Origin: a virus
Taxonomy: Duplodnaviria; Caudoviricetes
IMG/VR virus record: IMGVR_UViG_3300030376_004926
Location: 1-28,932 of that record
Length of the DNA: 28,932 nucleotides
Reading direction: 5' to 3' (one strand)
The notes beneath the pieces are model-generated. The model was given only the letters and a program-made list of their open reading frames with translations, was not told where the DNA came from and ran no database searches. Below, piece by piece: positions 1 through 10,166 of this stretch. Position numbers and translations under genes: made by a program. The stretch's first letter is position 1, and every line of letters starts with the position of its first letter.

Positions 1-2451
1 ATCTAATTCATCTAATGGAATCCCCGTTGTAGAGCCCTCTGTCATAACATACATTTTGCCACTTCCGGGGTCACGCTCTATTCCTATTACTTTTCTAGGG
101 GTTTCAAATTGGTCTACACCTTGGCTAGTCCATTGTACATAGTCATTCTCCTCTATTGTTTTACCGGAGTATAGTGCACCCGGTTTTTCACTAAAAATAA
201 TTGTGGGCTTTGATTGATATACCATTGGCTCTTCAGAGCCTTCTTCATAAGCCTCGGCAGTCTCAGGGATTTGTAATACTTCATCCTGAGGTACACGGTC
301 AGTTCTTCTTTGTTCTATTTCGGCAACTTCGGTGAGGATGTTATTGCCTTCTTCGTTTATAAATAATTCGTCAAAAGCCTCAGCAATATCAGCGTCTAAT
401 GCAATAGACCCTGTATTGTTATTTGCTATTTTAGAGTCTATACCTAAATAGTTAAATACAAAAGACTTAGAAAAAAGTTCCCTGCCTGTAAAATTACTGC
501 TTTTTTCTTGGTTTCTCTGTTCCCAAGCTATTATTTTTTTATACAAGACAGGGTTAATTTCAGGTAACCGTCTATAAACTGCCTCAACAACGTCTTCTAA
601 TATAGCCTCGTTGCTTGCATTCCTACCTAAAAGTACAGTAACTGTTCCATCACTTTCAACCTGATTTAACGCCTCAGGAGATAATAAATACTGATTGCCA
701 CCAACTTCCTTATTGTACCTAGGGTCGCTTGGGTCTATCAGGTCTTTTGTATAATTCTCAGGATTGTAACCCATCCTAATAACTTCATCCTCAGAAAAAT
801 TGTCTAATAACTGTTTATCAGAAAATAAAAATCTTATCTTGTCTTTAAGTGCACCTAAGCCTTGAGCCTCACTAATAAATTCGCCCATCTCGACATCCAT
901 ATCTTCTTTTGCATTAGCAAACGCTTCTTTTCTATCTTCATATCTAACATATGTTTCTTCAAGCATTTCGTCAATTTGTTTGTCTGTTGCGTTGCTAGTA
1001 AGCAGTCTGCCTGCACCTTCAAATGCACCACCACCTAGAACACCTATTGCAAAAGCCTTTTTTGTCTCAGGGTCTAATTTTCTTACATCCAATACTAACT
1101 CAGGGTCTTCTATGCTGTCATCTGCAACAGCCTTACCTAAGTCAGTAAAATAACTTTGTAATACTTCTTCATAACCTTCAGCTACTACGCCTGTTGCTAT
1201 ACCTGCACCTCTAAACCAATTACCAAAATTGTTAGCAAGTTTAAATGGTAACCTACCGTATATACCGTATAGCTGTGCTACGTCTGATGTTAATAATTTT
1301 TGATTTTGTTTATATACTTCCCAACCTGCTACCCCTGCTTGTTCGTCAGTATAACCCTGTTCCTTCATATGATTCCATACGCCACCTGCCTCTATAAGTG
1401 ACTCTGCCTGTCTACCACCTACTGCACCTGTAATAGATGCAGATATAGCCTCGCCTTTTCTCATAGACTTAATAGCCTGAGCACCTTTTCTTGTGCCTCT
1501 AAAAGACCTTTCTATGTCAGCAAACTTTTTAGCGTAAGGTAATCCACGATATATTCCTTGTCCTACTCTACCAAATCCAAAATAAGGTATCATAAGAGAT
1601 AACATAGAGGGTAGTGCTCTTGGTGCGTCTACCATCCAAAATTCTTTACTTCCTAAGTGTTCATAGTCAAATGTATAATCAGGTTGTTCAATAGCGTTAC
1701 TCTTCTGTACGCTGTCTCCCCAATCTTTTACAGCACCACCTATGTCTTCATATCCCCACCACTCAAACATTCCACCTAAGTCAGATACCATACCACCTAC
1801 GCCTGAATCAAAAGCATCTTTCATTATACCTAAGTTGTTTAAGGTAAATACCTCATCGTCTAACCTAGCAGGTACTTTAGGGACGTTTTTATCTAATTGA
1901 TACATAAGGTCGTCAACACCTAACCCACCTTGCTCTATTGCATTATCAATAGCCTGTATTTGGTCGGGGTACATTTCATATAAAGAGTTCTTATAAAAAG
2001 ACACTTCTACAGACTTTTCTATGTCTCCAACAACAGTTTCTAATTCTGATTTTTGATTAGCGTGATTCCTGTATTGCTCTAAATGCCCTGCATAATTCTG
2101 TAACTTTTCTTGCTCTGAAGGTATAATTTCATCAAAGGGTTTGTCATTTCCATAGACATAGTTTTTAACAAATTCTAAATAGTCTCCACCTGACTGCTCC
2201 CATTGATTGTCTATAATTGCCCTACCTACAGCCATTCCACTATCTAATGTAGGGAATGCAGGACGTGGCATTACTTCGCCACCTGCATTAACTATATCAG
2301 GGGAAGTACCACTACGAACAGCACCATACTCAGACATCCAATCTGTATACACAGAAACCCCAAAGGGGTTGTTGTAAAAGTTAGAATCAGGTGTTTCGTA
2401 ATCAGGGTTCTCAAAAGACATTACCCCGTCATATAGCCATTCGTTACTCAT
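1..2451 (-). CDS. Large internal virion/ejection protein, truncated by the window edge (at least 817 aa); possible N-terminal lysozyme-like domain
   Basis: Not in the ORF track. ATG at 2451 directly follows the TAG of the upstream gene; both translated ends are in the same frame (MSNEWLYDGVMSFENPDY...YVMTEGSTTGIPLDELD). It has Gly/Ala-rich helical segments and lies after two smaller ejection-like genes. Confidence 0.75.
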   Translation of the reverse strand, partial: MSNEWLYDGVMSFENPDYETPDSNFYNNPFGVSVYTDWMSEYGAVRSGTSPDIVNAGGEVMPRPAFPTLDSGMAVGRAIIDNQWEQSGGDYLEFVKNYVYGNDKPFDEIIPSEQEKLQNYAGHLEQYRNHANQKSELETVVGDIEKSVEVSFYKNSLYEMYPDQIQAIDNAIEQGGLGVDDLMYQLDKNVPKVPARLDDEVFTLNNLGIMKDAFDSGVGGMVSDLGGMFEWWGYEDIGGAVKDWGDSVQKSNAIEQPDYTFDYEHLGSKEFWMVDAPRALPSMLSLMIPYFGFGRVGQGIYRGLPYAKKFADIERSFRGTRKGAQAIKSMRKGEAISASITGAVGGRQAESLIEAGGVWNHMKEQGYTDEQAGVAGWEVYKQNQKLLTSDVAQLYGIYGRLPFKLANNFGNWFRGAGIATGVVAEGYEEVLQSYFTDLGKAVADDSIEDPELVLDVRKLDPETKKAFAIGVLGGGAFEGAGRLLTSNATDKQIDEMLEETYVRYEDRKEAFANAKEDMDVEMGEFISEAQGLGALKDKIRFLFSDKQLLDNFSEDEVIRMGYNPENYTKDLIDPSDPRYNKEVGGNQYLLSPEALNQVESDGTVTVLLGRNASNEAILEDVVEAVYRRLPEINPVLYKKIIAWEQRNQEKSSNFTGRELFSKSFVFNYLGIDSKIANNNTGSIALDADIAEAFDELFINEEGNNILTEVAEIEQRRTDRVPQDEVLQIPETAEAYEEGSEEPMVYQSKPTIIFSEKPGALYSGKTIEENDYVQWTSQGVDQFETPRKVIGIERDPGSGKMYVMTEGSTTGIPLDELD

Positions 2452-3537
2452 CTATTTTTTTATTTTACTCTGTAAAGCCTTTGAATAATGGTCAATGCTA
2501 AGGTCTCTTAAGTTAAATATATTTTTATCAGGTACTGTTATATTACTAACAGAATCCATAACGCTTTTAGGAGGAGCTTTGTACAAGGGGCTATTTTGAA
2601 ATCCACCTGAATTACCAACAGGAGAACCTGCGTTTATACCACCTTTATTTAAAATATTTCCCATACCTTCTTGAGTAGTCATAGGTTTTCCTGCTTGATT
2701 CATTAATACCCCTGAGGTACTTGTACTAGATGCCGGGTCAGTATATAATGTTCCACCAAACCTATTACTGTCTTCCCCAACTGCACCACCGGGGTCTCCT
2801 GTTCCCGGTTTAGTTCCCATATTATTGACCCAATCGGCTACTGCCCTAGTAGGAGAGTTAGGGTCATTCAAATCTCTTTCTATACCTCTACCGACGGATG
2901 TGCTTGAGAACCAACTACCCTCTTCACCTTCTAAATCAAGAGTTTCATCTGCTAAATCTTCGTCAGTTTTTTGTTTTATATCTTTAGCAACCCCATCGTT
3001 TTTATCTTTTATTTTAACAGTACCATCTGATGATTGTATTACTCCACTAGGTGGATTGTTAGGATTCTTAGCTTTTTCGTTTAAGGCTCTCTGCACTTGG
3101 TCAGGGTCGTAGTCTCTACCGTTTTTAATACCTTGAATATAACCACCCATTACTAAGTTTCTAAGTTTTATAGTATTTAGGTTTTCTTGATTATATTGAA
3201 GATATGCTTTAGAAGATATTTCCTGTCTTTCTTCTCCAACACCTATGTAGTATACAGCATCTTTCCCTTCTCCCTCTTTCTCAATTTGGTGCATAGGGTT
3301 TTTACCGTCAAATTCTGCCATCTTTCCCATAGCATCTACGTATATCTTGTAATACTCACGTCTGTTTAAATCCTTTAACCTTTTTTGCTCAGTTGCATTC
3401 TTATCTGAATATGCTTTAGCTCTTTGGTCTATTTCGTATCTTTTCATAGCATCTTTAGCTAATTGCTTATTAGCCTCAATGCGTGCATCCATCATTGCTT
3501 TGTGATACTGATTGTATAAATCTCTTGGGGTGCTCAT
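2452..3537 (-). CDS. Putative internal virion (ejection) protein, 361 aa
   Basis: AGGAG SD; helical N-terminus and Gly/Ser/Pro low-complexity C-terminus; synteny after the nozzle as in podoviruses. Confidence 0.55.
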   Translation of the reverse strand: MSTPRDLYNQYHKAMMDARIEANKQLAKDAMKRYEIDQRAKAYSDKNATEQKRLKDLNRREYYKIYVDAMGKMAEFDGKNPMHQIEKEGEGKDAVYYIGVGEERQEISSKAYLQYNQENLNTIKLRNLVMGGYIQGIKNGRDYDPDQVQRALNEKAKNPNNPPSGVIQSSDGTVKIKDKNDGVAKDIKQKTDEDLADETLDLEGEEGSWFSSTSVGRGIERDLNDPNSPTRAVADWVNNMGTKPGTGDPGGAVGEDSNRFGGTLYTDPASSTSTSGVLMNQAGKPMTTQEGMGNILNKGGINAGSPVGNSGGFQNSPLYKAPPKSVMDSVSNITVPDKNIFNLRDLSIDHYSKALQSKIKK

Positions 3538-3546
3538 AATATCTCC

Positions 3547-4221
3547 TTATCCGAAACTTGGCGTGTCTGACTCTAAATCATTTATTGATTTTGGTAATTT
3601 TATTTCAGGTGCTATATAGTCAGGTATTTTAAAACCATCTTTTTTTGGTTTCATTATGGTTATTGGGTCTATAGGGTCACTCTTAGTAAAACCACCTGCC
3701 ATCTTTTGCTGTGCTCCTAAAGTTATTAAGTCCATACCACCACTAATAAAATCGCTCGCACCTTGCTGTCTTTGTGCCTTACGCCTTTCAGCTAACTGCT
3801 GTCTCATTGCCGAAAGTTGGTCTTCAGCTCTTTGTGATGCCTCTTTATTAATTTGTGCTTGACTCTGTCTTGTTTGTATAGCCTGAGTGCTCTGTGCGTC
3901 TGCTAAATTTTGTGCCTCTTTTAAACCTACTTGACTTGATATAATGCTATTACCTAATCCCTGTTGTGCTAGAGCACCTCTGCCTGCCTCAACAGCTTGG
4001 TTCATTGTGCTAGTTGCTCTTCTCGTGCCAAATTGTTCTGCACGGGCAACATCTTGGTCTGATATTACCTTTGCGTTAATACGCTCTCTTAATTTTCTCA
4101 TTCTCTCAGCCTCTGCACCTGATATTTTACTACCTGCGTTTAGCCAATCGAAACCACCCTTTACCATTTTGCCACCTGCTTGTATAGCAGAGGCTAAAGC
4201 CATTAATTCTAAACCTGTCAT
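3547..4221 (-). CDS. Putative small ejection/pilot protein, 224 aa
   Basis: Hydrophobic Gly/Ala N-terminus (LMALASAIQAGG) followed by a Gln/Ala coiled coil, typical of the first podovirus ejection protein. Confidence 0.6.
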   Translation of the reverse strand: MTGLELMALASAIQAGGKMVKGGFDWLNAGSKISGAEAERMRKLRERINAKVISDQDVARAEQFGTRRATSTMNQAVEAGRGALAQQGLGNSIISSQVGLKEAQNLADAQSTQAIQTRQSQAQINKEASQRAEDQLSAMRQQLAERRKAQRQQGASDFISGGMDLITLGAQQKMAGGFTKSDPIDPITIMKPKKDGFKIPDYIAPEIKLPKSINDLESDTPSFG

Positions 4222-4479
4222 TTAGGATACCTCATCTAATTTTACTTTATATTTTCTATTATTAAATTTAACATATAATCCCACTTCGTCATTAGGTGGG
4301 TCGAATACAGGGTTATTAGCTGTTCCCGTAGTAGATAAGCCACCTTGAGATAATACAATAAACATAAAAGAGCCATTTGCCAATTTATCTAAATCATTGA
4401 AATCATTAGAAAACTTTATAGCATTTTGTTTTCCCATTACATCGTCCTGTAAAAACTTTAAATCGTCTTCCCTACTCAT
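4222..4479 (-). CDS. Small tail-associated hypothetical protein, 85 aa
   Basis: ORF tightly packed between the nozzle and ejection genes. Confidence 0.55.
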   Translation of the reverse strand: MSREDDLKFLQDDVMGKQNAIKFSNDFNDLDKLANGSFMFIVLSQGGLSTTGTANNPVFDPPNDEVGLYVKFNNRKYKVKLDEVS

Positions 4480-4918
4480 CAGCTACATCCACTTCTATAC
4501 CATATATCTCTACTCCACCTGTAACCCAAATTCCTGTAGTTATCTTTAACTTTAAAGTGTGAGCTCTAGCAGATGCTTTTATTTCTTTCAAAGTACGTTT
4601 ATTTGACTTAGGAAATATAAGAGTGTGGCAGGGCACATCTTCAAAATCTTTATATACAGATACTGTAATAGGTTTGGCACTAAAATAACTCATAGATACT
4701 CTACGAATCTTTTTAGTTTTTGAATAGCTACCCAATTCAAACCATTTAGTTTCTCTAACAGATGCAAATAATTCTTGTCCTACAGAGCTCCCATTTATAG
4801 CCCGTAATCTCCATACAGCAGATGCTCCTGCTGTCTGATAAGTATAAGTAGGTCTAGAAGTTAATCCTGAATCAGGTGGTGTGTATACCTGATGATTTGG
4901 AGGGTCTGCTTGTGCCAT
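4472..4918 (-). CDS. Nozzle C-terminal-like domain encoded as a separate gene (148 aa from ATG 4918)
   Basis: AAGGAG SD and a TAATG overlap with the upstream stop favour ATG 4918 over TTG 4945. The ETKWFELGSYSKTKKIRRV motif resembles the C-terminal domain of podovirus nozzle/stabilisation proteins. Confidence 0.55.
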   Translation of the reverse strand: MAQADPPNHQVYTPPDSGLTSRPTYTYQTAGASAVWRLRAINGSSVGQELFASVRETKWFELGSYSKTKKIRRVSMSYFSAKPITVSVYKDFEDVPCHTLIFPKSNKRTLKEIKASARAHTLKLKITTGIWVTGGVEIYGIEVDVADE

Positions 4919-7900
4919 TACTGTTCTACTCCTTTTTCTAGCCAACCTGCCATAGGTACAATTCCCTGTTCGGGTTCTAGAGGGCTAGATGGATAATAAT
5001 TAAATAATTCTACCATTTCTTCTTCTAAGGGGTCAAAGCCCATACTTGTTGTAGCCATTTGATTTAAAGGGTAAGCACTTTGTATGCTACTATTATAATC
5101 ATCATCATTTTCTTCAATATCTGTAAGTCTATATATAATTGCATATGCAACCTCTCCGTAATATGCACTATTAGAAACATTCTTTATTGGTCTATATCTT
5201 TGATACGCACCATTAGAGTTTTCATCATATTGATATACGTGAAAAAATTGAAAATGATAAGTTGCTGTATTTCCAAACTTGTGAACATTGTGAGAGGTTG
5301 TTCCCATATATCGAGCTTTAACATAGTTCTGTCCGGATATTGCCATCTCTTGGGCTAATGTATCATAAGTATTATCATTGATAAAACTAAATTCATTACC
5401 GTGATGGCAGAGCCTACTCCAATATGGAAAGTGTAAATAATTATCGCCTGAACCGTTTGTATCTGTTGTAGCTGTGCTAGTGTTTACAGTTTGTATTGAG
5501 GGGGCTGTAAAGTTTCCTGAGCTTTCGCCATCGTCTTGGTCTGAGTTTGCATCAGGTTTTATATCTACCCATTTTCTCCAATTATATACATCAGGAATAA
5601 GTAGCTCAAAAGTGTTTGTTCCTTGAAAGAATATAGCGTCTTGTTGAGTTGTTACGCTATTTTTCCATTTAACAACTATAATAGATTCGTTATGATAAGG
5701 GTCATCCGTACCTGCTCCGTAAGTTGAGTGGTCTCCTGATTGATATATGTAGCTAGTAGCTAAAATATCTAATTGGTTTTGAAAAAAATATACCATTAAA
5801 GGTGTAGTTAAAAATCCCTCAACCTTAGTTAGTACAGGAGAGAACTTTAACTGTTGAGGTGTATCGCCATACCCTACAGGGTCTAACCTAAGTACCTCAG
5901 CTTTAATTAACTTCCTAGATTGACTAATAGAGTTCCTTGTTATGTTGTCGTTAATTATTCTTAAAAATATGTAATCTTCATCACAAAAATAACCATTAGT
6001 AAACTTTGTATTAGAATTTGAAAAATCATCATCTTCTAAGACATATTCATATAAATCTGTTGTATTGTTAAATTGTCTTTGTCCAAAAAATGTAGTTGAA
6101 CCATCTTGTCCTGTAAATGTTAAAGAAGAAAATCCTGTGTCACTTGGGCTTGATTCTGTTGCATTAGCACTTATGTCAACTTCCCCTGCATTTGTATTGA
6201 TTGATGTAACAGTAGCACCCTCAGGTATACCATATCCCGATACAACCTGACCTACTCCTATGCCTGAGCTTGCAAGGTTAGAGCCTTCTAAAATATTACT
6301 GCCACTTGTCACTTCCATATTCTTCCAAACAAATTTAGCAAAAAATCCTGTGTTAGTGTTTTGTTCATTTACTATAGTATCTGTGCTGTCCCAAATATTG
6401 TCGCTTGTGTCAACATAATTATCCGGGTCGGGTTCAGGGTCAGGGTCAGAGTCATCAGGGTCAGGTGGGTCAGGCTCGTCATTATCATTGCCATCAGCCC
6501 TTGTTATATCTAAATGTACATTGTCTCCAAAGTGCAAATAACCGTCCTGACCTATTGCCATTGAGCTAATATCTCCTTGCACTTGAACCTTATTCCATTC
6601 GCCTGTTCTTATATTATACTCATAGGCATCTGCTTTAACCCTACCAAACCTAAAAATTATTAATTCTTTAATCGGGTCAAACTCTGCTATTGTTAATTCT
6701 TTTTGTAATTCTGCAATCCATTTATTTAAAATAGGTGACGCTATAGGATTAATTTGAAAAGCTGAGTTTATTGAATAAATATTATTTGCACCACAAAAGT
6801 AAACTGTATCTTCAACCTTTACAATAGCGTTCGGAGCAACACACCCTATATGTTCATTACTTTCTACTATGCTGTACGATGCAGGGTCTATACTTGGCAC
6901 TCTAAGTCTGTAGATACCATACTGCATAAGTACAACAAGGCTATCTCCCATACTTTTTAATCCATTTATACTGCCACCTTCAGGGTCTCTAATACTTATA
7001 AAATTACTTATTGGTATTATAGAAGGTCTACCTAGCTCACTAAAACAAATCATATCAGGATGCTTTTCGCTTACCCCATCAGGTTCTAATACTACATTTG
7101 CAACAAACATACGTGCACCGTGATTCTCACTATGTAACCACCTTAAATCGTACTTAGTTCCTATTGGAGATGTTGGAACGCTACCGTCTGCTTCTCCTTT
7201 ATCTGTAAAGCTAATTGTAATTTCTTTATTGCTAGTATTATAATCCATTTCAACACCATCGCCTGTTACCGTAAAAAGGTCTATATCATTATGTGACCAT
7301 TTTTGACCTTGTGTAGGATTGTTGTTCAGTACGTTGTCGTCTAAGTTTATATCTGCTATTGCCTGACTTGGGTCTCCGTTACTATCTAAATTAAATGCAA
7401 CCATTCTTCTGTCGTGTGTACGGATAGTTTCATTTATCGTTACATTATTTCCACCGTTATTTTCAAATGTTAATGATGCACCTTGCCCTGCGTGACTGTT
7501 TATAGTTTTAAAAATATTTTCCCCACTATATATCTTGTCCTTACCCATATAGCAATTTTCTATACCCATATATACTTCCTTGTTGGCAACAGGGTCAAAC
7601 ACCATCATCACTACATCTGCTCCATCAAATATTGACCACCAATTTTGGTGTCCACCATCATCAATATTACCATCATCATTAACGATTCCGGTCGTTTCTA
7701 ATATAGGAACTGAAAAGAAAAAACCATTAGTGTTAGTATTTCCATTAAAAGTCATACTGTAAGATTGTTGGTCATAAGTATTCATATCATACATACCGTC
7801 AGGGGGTGCTACACCTGCTGAAGGAGAAAACAAAGAACCACCAATATAATATGTAGCACCTGTTAAAGTATCCGTTACTTCTGTATAGTCTGTATTGTTA

Positions 7901-8985
7901 GGGCTATACTTGTCATCTTCTGAACCTGCTACAAAAAATTTATATCGGAAAATACCATTTTGATTATTATTGTCCGTCATTTTTGCTTTAGTTGTACTAT
8001 AGTTTGAAAGAGTATTAAAAGCCTCTACAATTCTATCAACCGTAGGAAATCCATTTGGAGAATACATTATATGTCTCCCTGCAAAAAACTTACTACTACT
8101 TATAACTGTACCTTCAGCTCCTGATGGTGTGAGTAAATTTATATTTTTTATTTGCCTATAAGATAACTTGGCATTTGAGTTTGCAGGCTGATATGCTCTA
8201 TACACCTTTAAACCTGTAAGCCTGCAAGACATATTATCGTAATCCATCACTAATTGAGTAACTACTTGAGCAACACCATTTGAAGTTGTAACACTTACAT
8301 CTTTAGTATAAAATTCATCTAGGGGTATTTCATTAACACCGTCGTAGATAGGTGCATAATTATAATAATAATCCCCATTTGTTAAACTACCTGTAGTCGT
8401 ATTTGCAGTAGCAGTTAGTGTATATGTTTGTGGGTATCTTAAATAAAAATCTTCAACATAAACACCTGTAGGCTTAGTGTACTTATCTAAAAACATTTTA
8501 CGACCGTCTATAGCTAGAATTACCTTAGCCGGATAATCGTGACCACAACCAACTAATATATAATCTCCAAACGGTTGAAAGGTAACGCTCTTAGGGATTG
8601 TGGTAAAGTCACTATTAAATAAAAACAGAAAGTCTTGACCGGGTGGCGTACTGCTTGGATTCCATTGTAATATGTTGTCTACATAACTATCGTATAATAA
8701 GTCATTATAGAACCTATCCATTCTATAAATAATACCACGTTGATTACAATATATTAGCCACTCAGCACCACCTGCATTTGCTAACTTAGAATTTCTAAAT
8801 AAAAACATAGAAGAAAATCCCCTATCTTCTAATATCTTTACTCTTGTTGCTATCTCACGTCTTTTTAATGTACCTGATTGACTTGTATCAAAATTATGAG
8901 TTTTAGGTGTAAATGCTTTATCTAAATCTTCAGGGTCAGCGTTAGTAACTAACCCCCCAAATAATGGTACTTTAACTCGGCTCAT
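4918..8985 (-). CDS. Tail nozzle / tail tubular B-like protein with large insertions, 1355 aa
   Basis: N-terminal FGGLVTNADPEDL; beta-propeller-type motifs (RMFVANV, ICFSELG, HIGCVAPNAIVKVEDTVYF); follows the adaptor genes. Confidence 0.7.
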   Translation of the reverse strand: MSRVKVPLFGGLVTNADPEDLDKAFTPKTHNFDTSQSGTLKRREIATRVKILEDRGFSSMFLFRNSKLANAGGAEWLIYCNQRGIIYRMDRFYNDLLYDSYVDNILQWNPSSTPPGQDFLFLFNSDFTTIPKSVTFQPFGDYILVGCGHDYPAKVILAIDGRKMFLDKYTKPTGVYVEDFYLRYPQTYTLTATANTTTGSLTNGDYYYNYAPIYDGVNEIPLDEFYTKDVSVTTSNGVAQVVTQLVMDYDNMSCRLTGLKVYRAYQPANSNAKLSYRQIKNINLLTPSGAEGTVISSSKFFAGRHIMYSPNGFPTVDRIVEAFNTLSNYSTTKAKMTDNNNQNGIFRYKFFVAGSEDDKYSPNNTDYTEVTDTLTGATYYIGGSLFSPSAGVAPPDGMYDMNTYDQQSYSMTFNGNTNTNGFFFSVPILETTGIVNDDGNIDDGGHQNWWSIFDGADVVMMVFDPVANKEVYMGIENCYMGKDKIYSGENIFKTINSHAGQGASLTFENNGGNNVTINETIRTHDRRMVAFNLDSNGDPSQAIADINLDDNVLNNNPTQGQKWSHNDIDLFTVTGDGVEMDYNTSNKEITISFTDKGEADGSVPTSPIGTKYDLRWLHSENHGARMFVANVVLEPDGVSEKHPDMICFSELGRPSIIPISNFISIRDPEGGSINGLKSMGDSLVVLMQYGIYRLRVPSIDPASYSIVESNEHIGCVAPNAIVKVEDTVYFCGANNIYSINSAFQINPIASPILNKWIAELQKELTIAEFDPIKELIIFRFGRVKADAYEYNIRTGEWNKVQVQGDISSMAIGQDGYLHFGDNVHLDITRADGNDNDEPDPPDPDDSDPDPEPDPDNYVDTSDNIWDSTDTIVNEQNTNTGFFAKFVWKNMEVTSGSNILEGSNLASSGIGVGQVVSGYGIPEGATVTSINTNAGEVDISANATESSPSDTGFSSLTFTGQDGSTTFFGQRQFNNTTDLYEYVLEDDDFSNSNTKFTNGYFCDEDYIFLRIINDNITRNSISQSRKLIKAEVLRLDPVGYGDTPQQLKFSPVLTKVEGFLTTPLMVYFFQNQLDILATSYIYQSGDHSTYGAGTDDPYHNESIIVVKWKNSVTTQQDAIFFQGTNTFELLIPDVYNWRKWVDIKPDANSDQDDGESSGNFTAPSIQTVNTSTATTDTNGSGDNYLHFPYWSRLCHHGNEFSFINDNTYDTLAQEMAISGQNYVKARYMGTTSHNVHKFGNTATYHFQFFHVYQYDENSNGAYQRYRPIKNVSNSAYYGEVAYAIIYRLTDIEENDDDYNSSIQSAYPLNQMATTSMGFDPLEEEMVELFNYYPSSPLEPEQGIVPMAGWLEKGVEQ

Positions 8986-10166
8986 ACAATATTACCACGA
9001 AAACTAAGGTCTGCAACAACCATTGTGCCTGAGCCTGTGCCCCTACCACTAATTTGTCCTCTGACTGACTCTCTGTTTGCGTAGTATTTTTGCATAAACC
9101 TATCTGATAATTGATATTCTTTTTCTTGCTCTGCTAAACAACCCTTAGCATAGTCTACTAAATATAAGTGATAAATATCAGGAATAGATGGGCTGAGTAT
9201 ATCTACATCATTCCAATTTAAAGCTATACTTGAAGAAGTAGCTCTAGCTCCTAAACCAAACTCATCCCAACTAGATTCTAATTGTGCAAAAGTGTAGCTA
9301 CCTGATACTTGCTGTAAGTTGTAAGCATCGTCCCTAGTAAATAAAATTTCATTCTGTATAAAGTCTTGCTCGAAAGTAACTGTTGCTCCATTAGCAATGT
9401 TTGCACTAACGACAGCTCCTGTTATGTTGACGTTTGTACCTGATAAAGTTCTTCCTGTGTATGTTACGCCAACTTCACTTCCATTTAAATTTTTCATTTT
9501 AAGAGTTCCCGATGGGGGAAAAAACTCATTGCTACCTTGAACGGTAGTAAAGCTCATACCTGTAGAACTTGGATTAGCCGGGTATGCAGTTTTAAAAATA
9601 TGCTGTCCTAACGACGAATCTTCTATTACCAACGTACCTGTTTTTAAATCGTTTAAATCGCTATGTACAGTTGCCTTAGCTCCACTTCTTGAACCTTCAA
9701 CTTCTGTATCTTGCTGAAAAAAACCATTATCTAAACTCTTATAGTTTATTTTTCTGTATACTTTGTCACTCTCTACAGCTTTAGGCTGTGCAATGTATTG
9801 AAAATTAACTACTTGGTCACTATCAGGATGTGGAATTAATATAATTTGCTCTGATGTTAGTAGATAGTATTTAGGAGTTCCCTTTACTTGGCTACCGTCA
9901 ACCTTAACTCTATTGATTTGTTCACGGTAAGGTTGTAACTGATTTTCGTTAGATGTTATACCTGATTTTAATTCTAAAAAATCAGAAGGCATCTCAAAAA
10001 AATTATCATCAGGATTAGCGACTATTGTCTTGTCTTTTAAAAAACACTTAGTATAAAAAGCTAAATCACGCTCTCCCTCTTCAAGAAACTTACGTGCCAT
10101 TGCTTTATTGTGTGGATTAGTACCAAATTGTAAAACTACTCTATCTACTAATTCTGTCCACTTCAT
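8982..10166 (-). CDS. Head-tail adaptor-like protein with ~200-aa insertion, 394 aa
   Basis: MPSDFLEL, GTPKYY, LIPHPD, YIAQP and IPDIYHLYLVDYA motifs of phage adaptor proteins. Confidence 0.65.
   Translation of the reverse strand: MKWTELVDRVVLQFGTNPHNKAMARKFLEEGERDLAFYTKCFLKDKTIVANPDDNFFEMPSDFLELKSGITSNENQLQPYREQINRVKVDGSQVKGTPKYYLLTSEQIILIPHPDSDQVVNFQYIAQPKAVESDKVYRKINYKSLDNGFFQQDTEVEGSRSGAKATVHSDLNDLKTGTLVIEDSSLGQHIFKTAYPANPSSTGMSFTTVQGSNEFFPPSGTLKMKNLNGSEVGVTYTGRTLSGTNVNITGAVVSANIANGATVTFEQDFIQNEILFTRDDAYNLQQVSGSYTFAQLESSWDEFGLGARATSSSIALNWNDVDILSPSIPDIYHLYLVDYAKGCLAEQEKEYQLSDRFMQKYYANRESVRGQISGRGTGSGTMVVADLSFRGNIV

Noticed and set aside
2449-2454. TAG recoding or read-through (TAG-ATG in-frame junction; ATG-AGA-TAG near 24215)
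   Set aside because: Genes are intact under the standard code and TAG ends several genes at sensible positions.
4918-4945. Programmed frameshift joining the nozzle to the 148-aa ORF
   Set aside because: A good AAGGAG SD and TAATG overlap explain it by reinitiation; no clear slippery heptamer.
6421-6490. GGGTCA tandem repeats as a DNA element
   Set aside because: Explained by the Pro-Asp linker codons.
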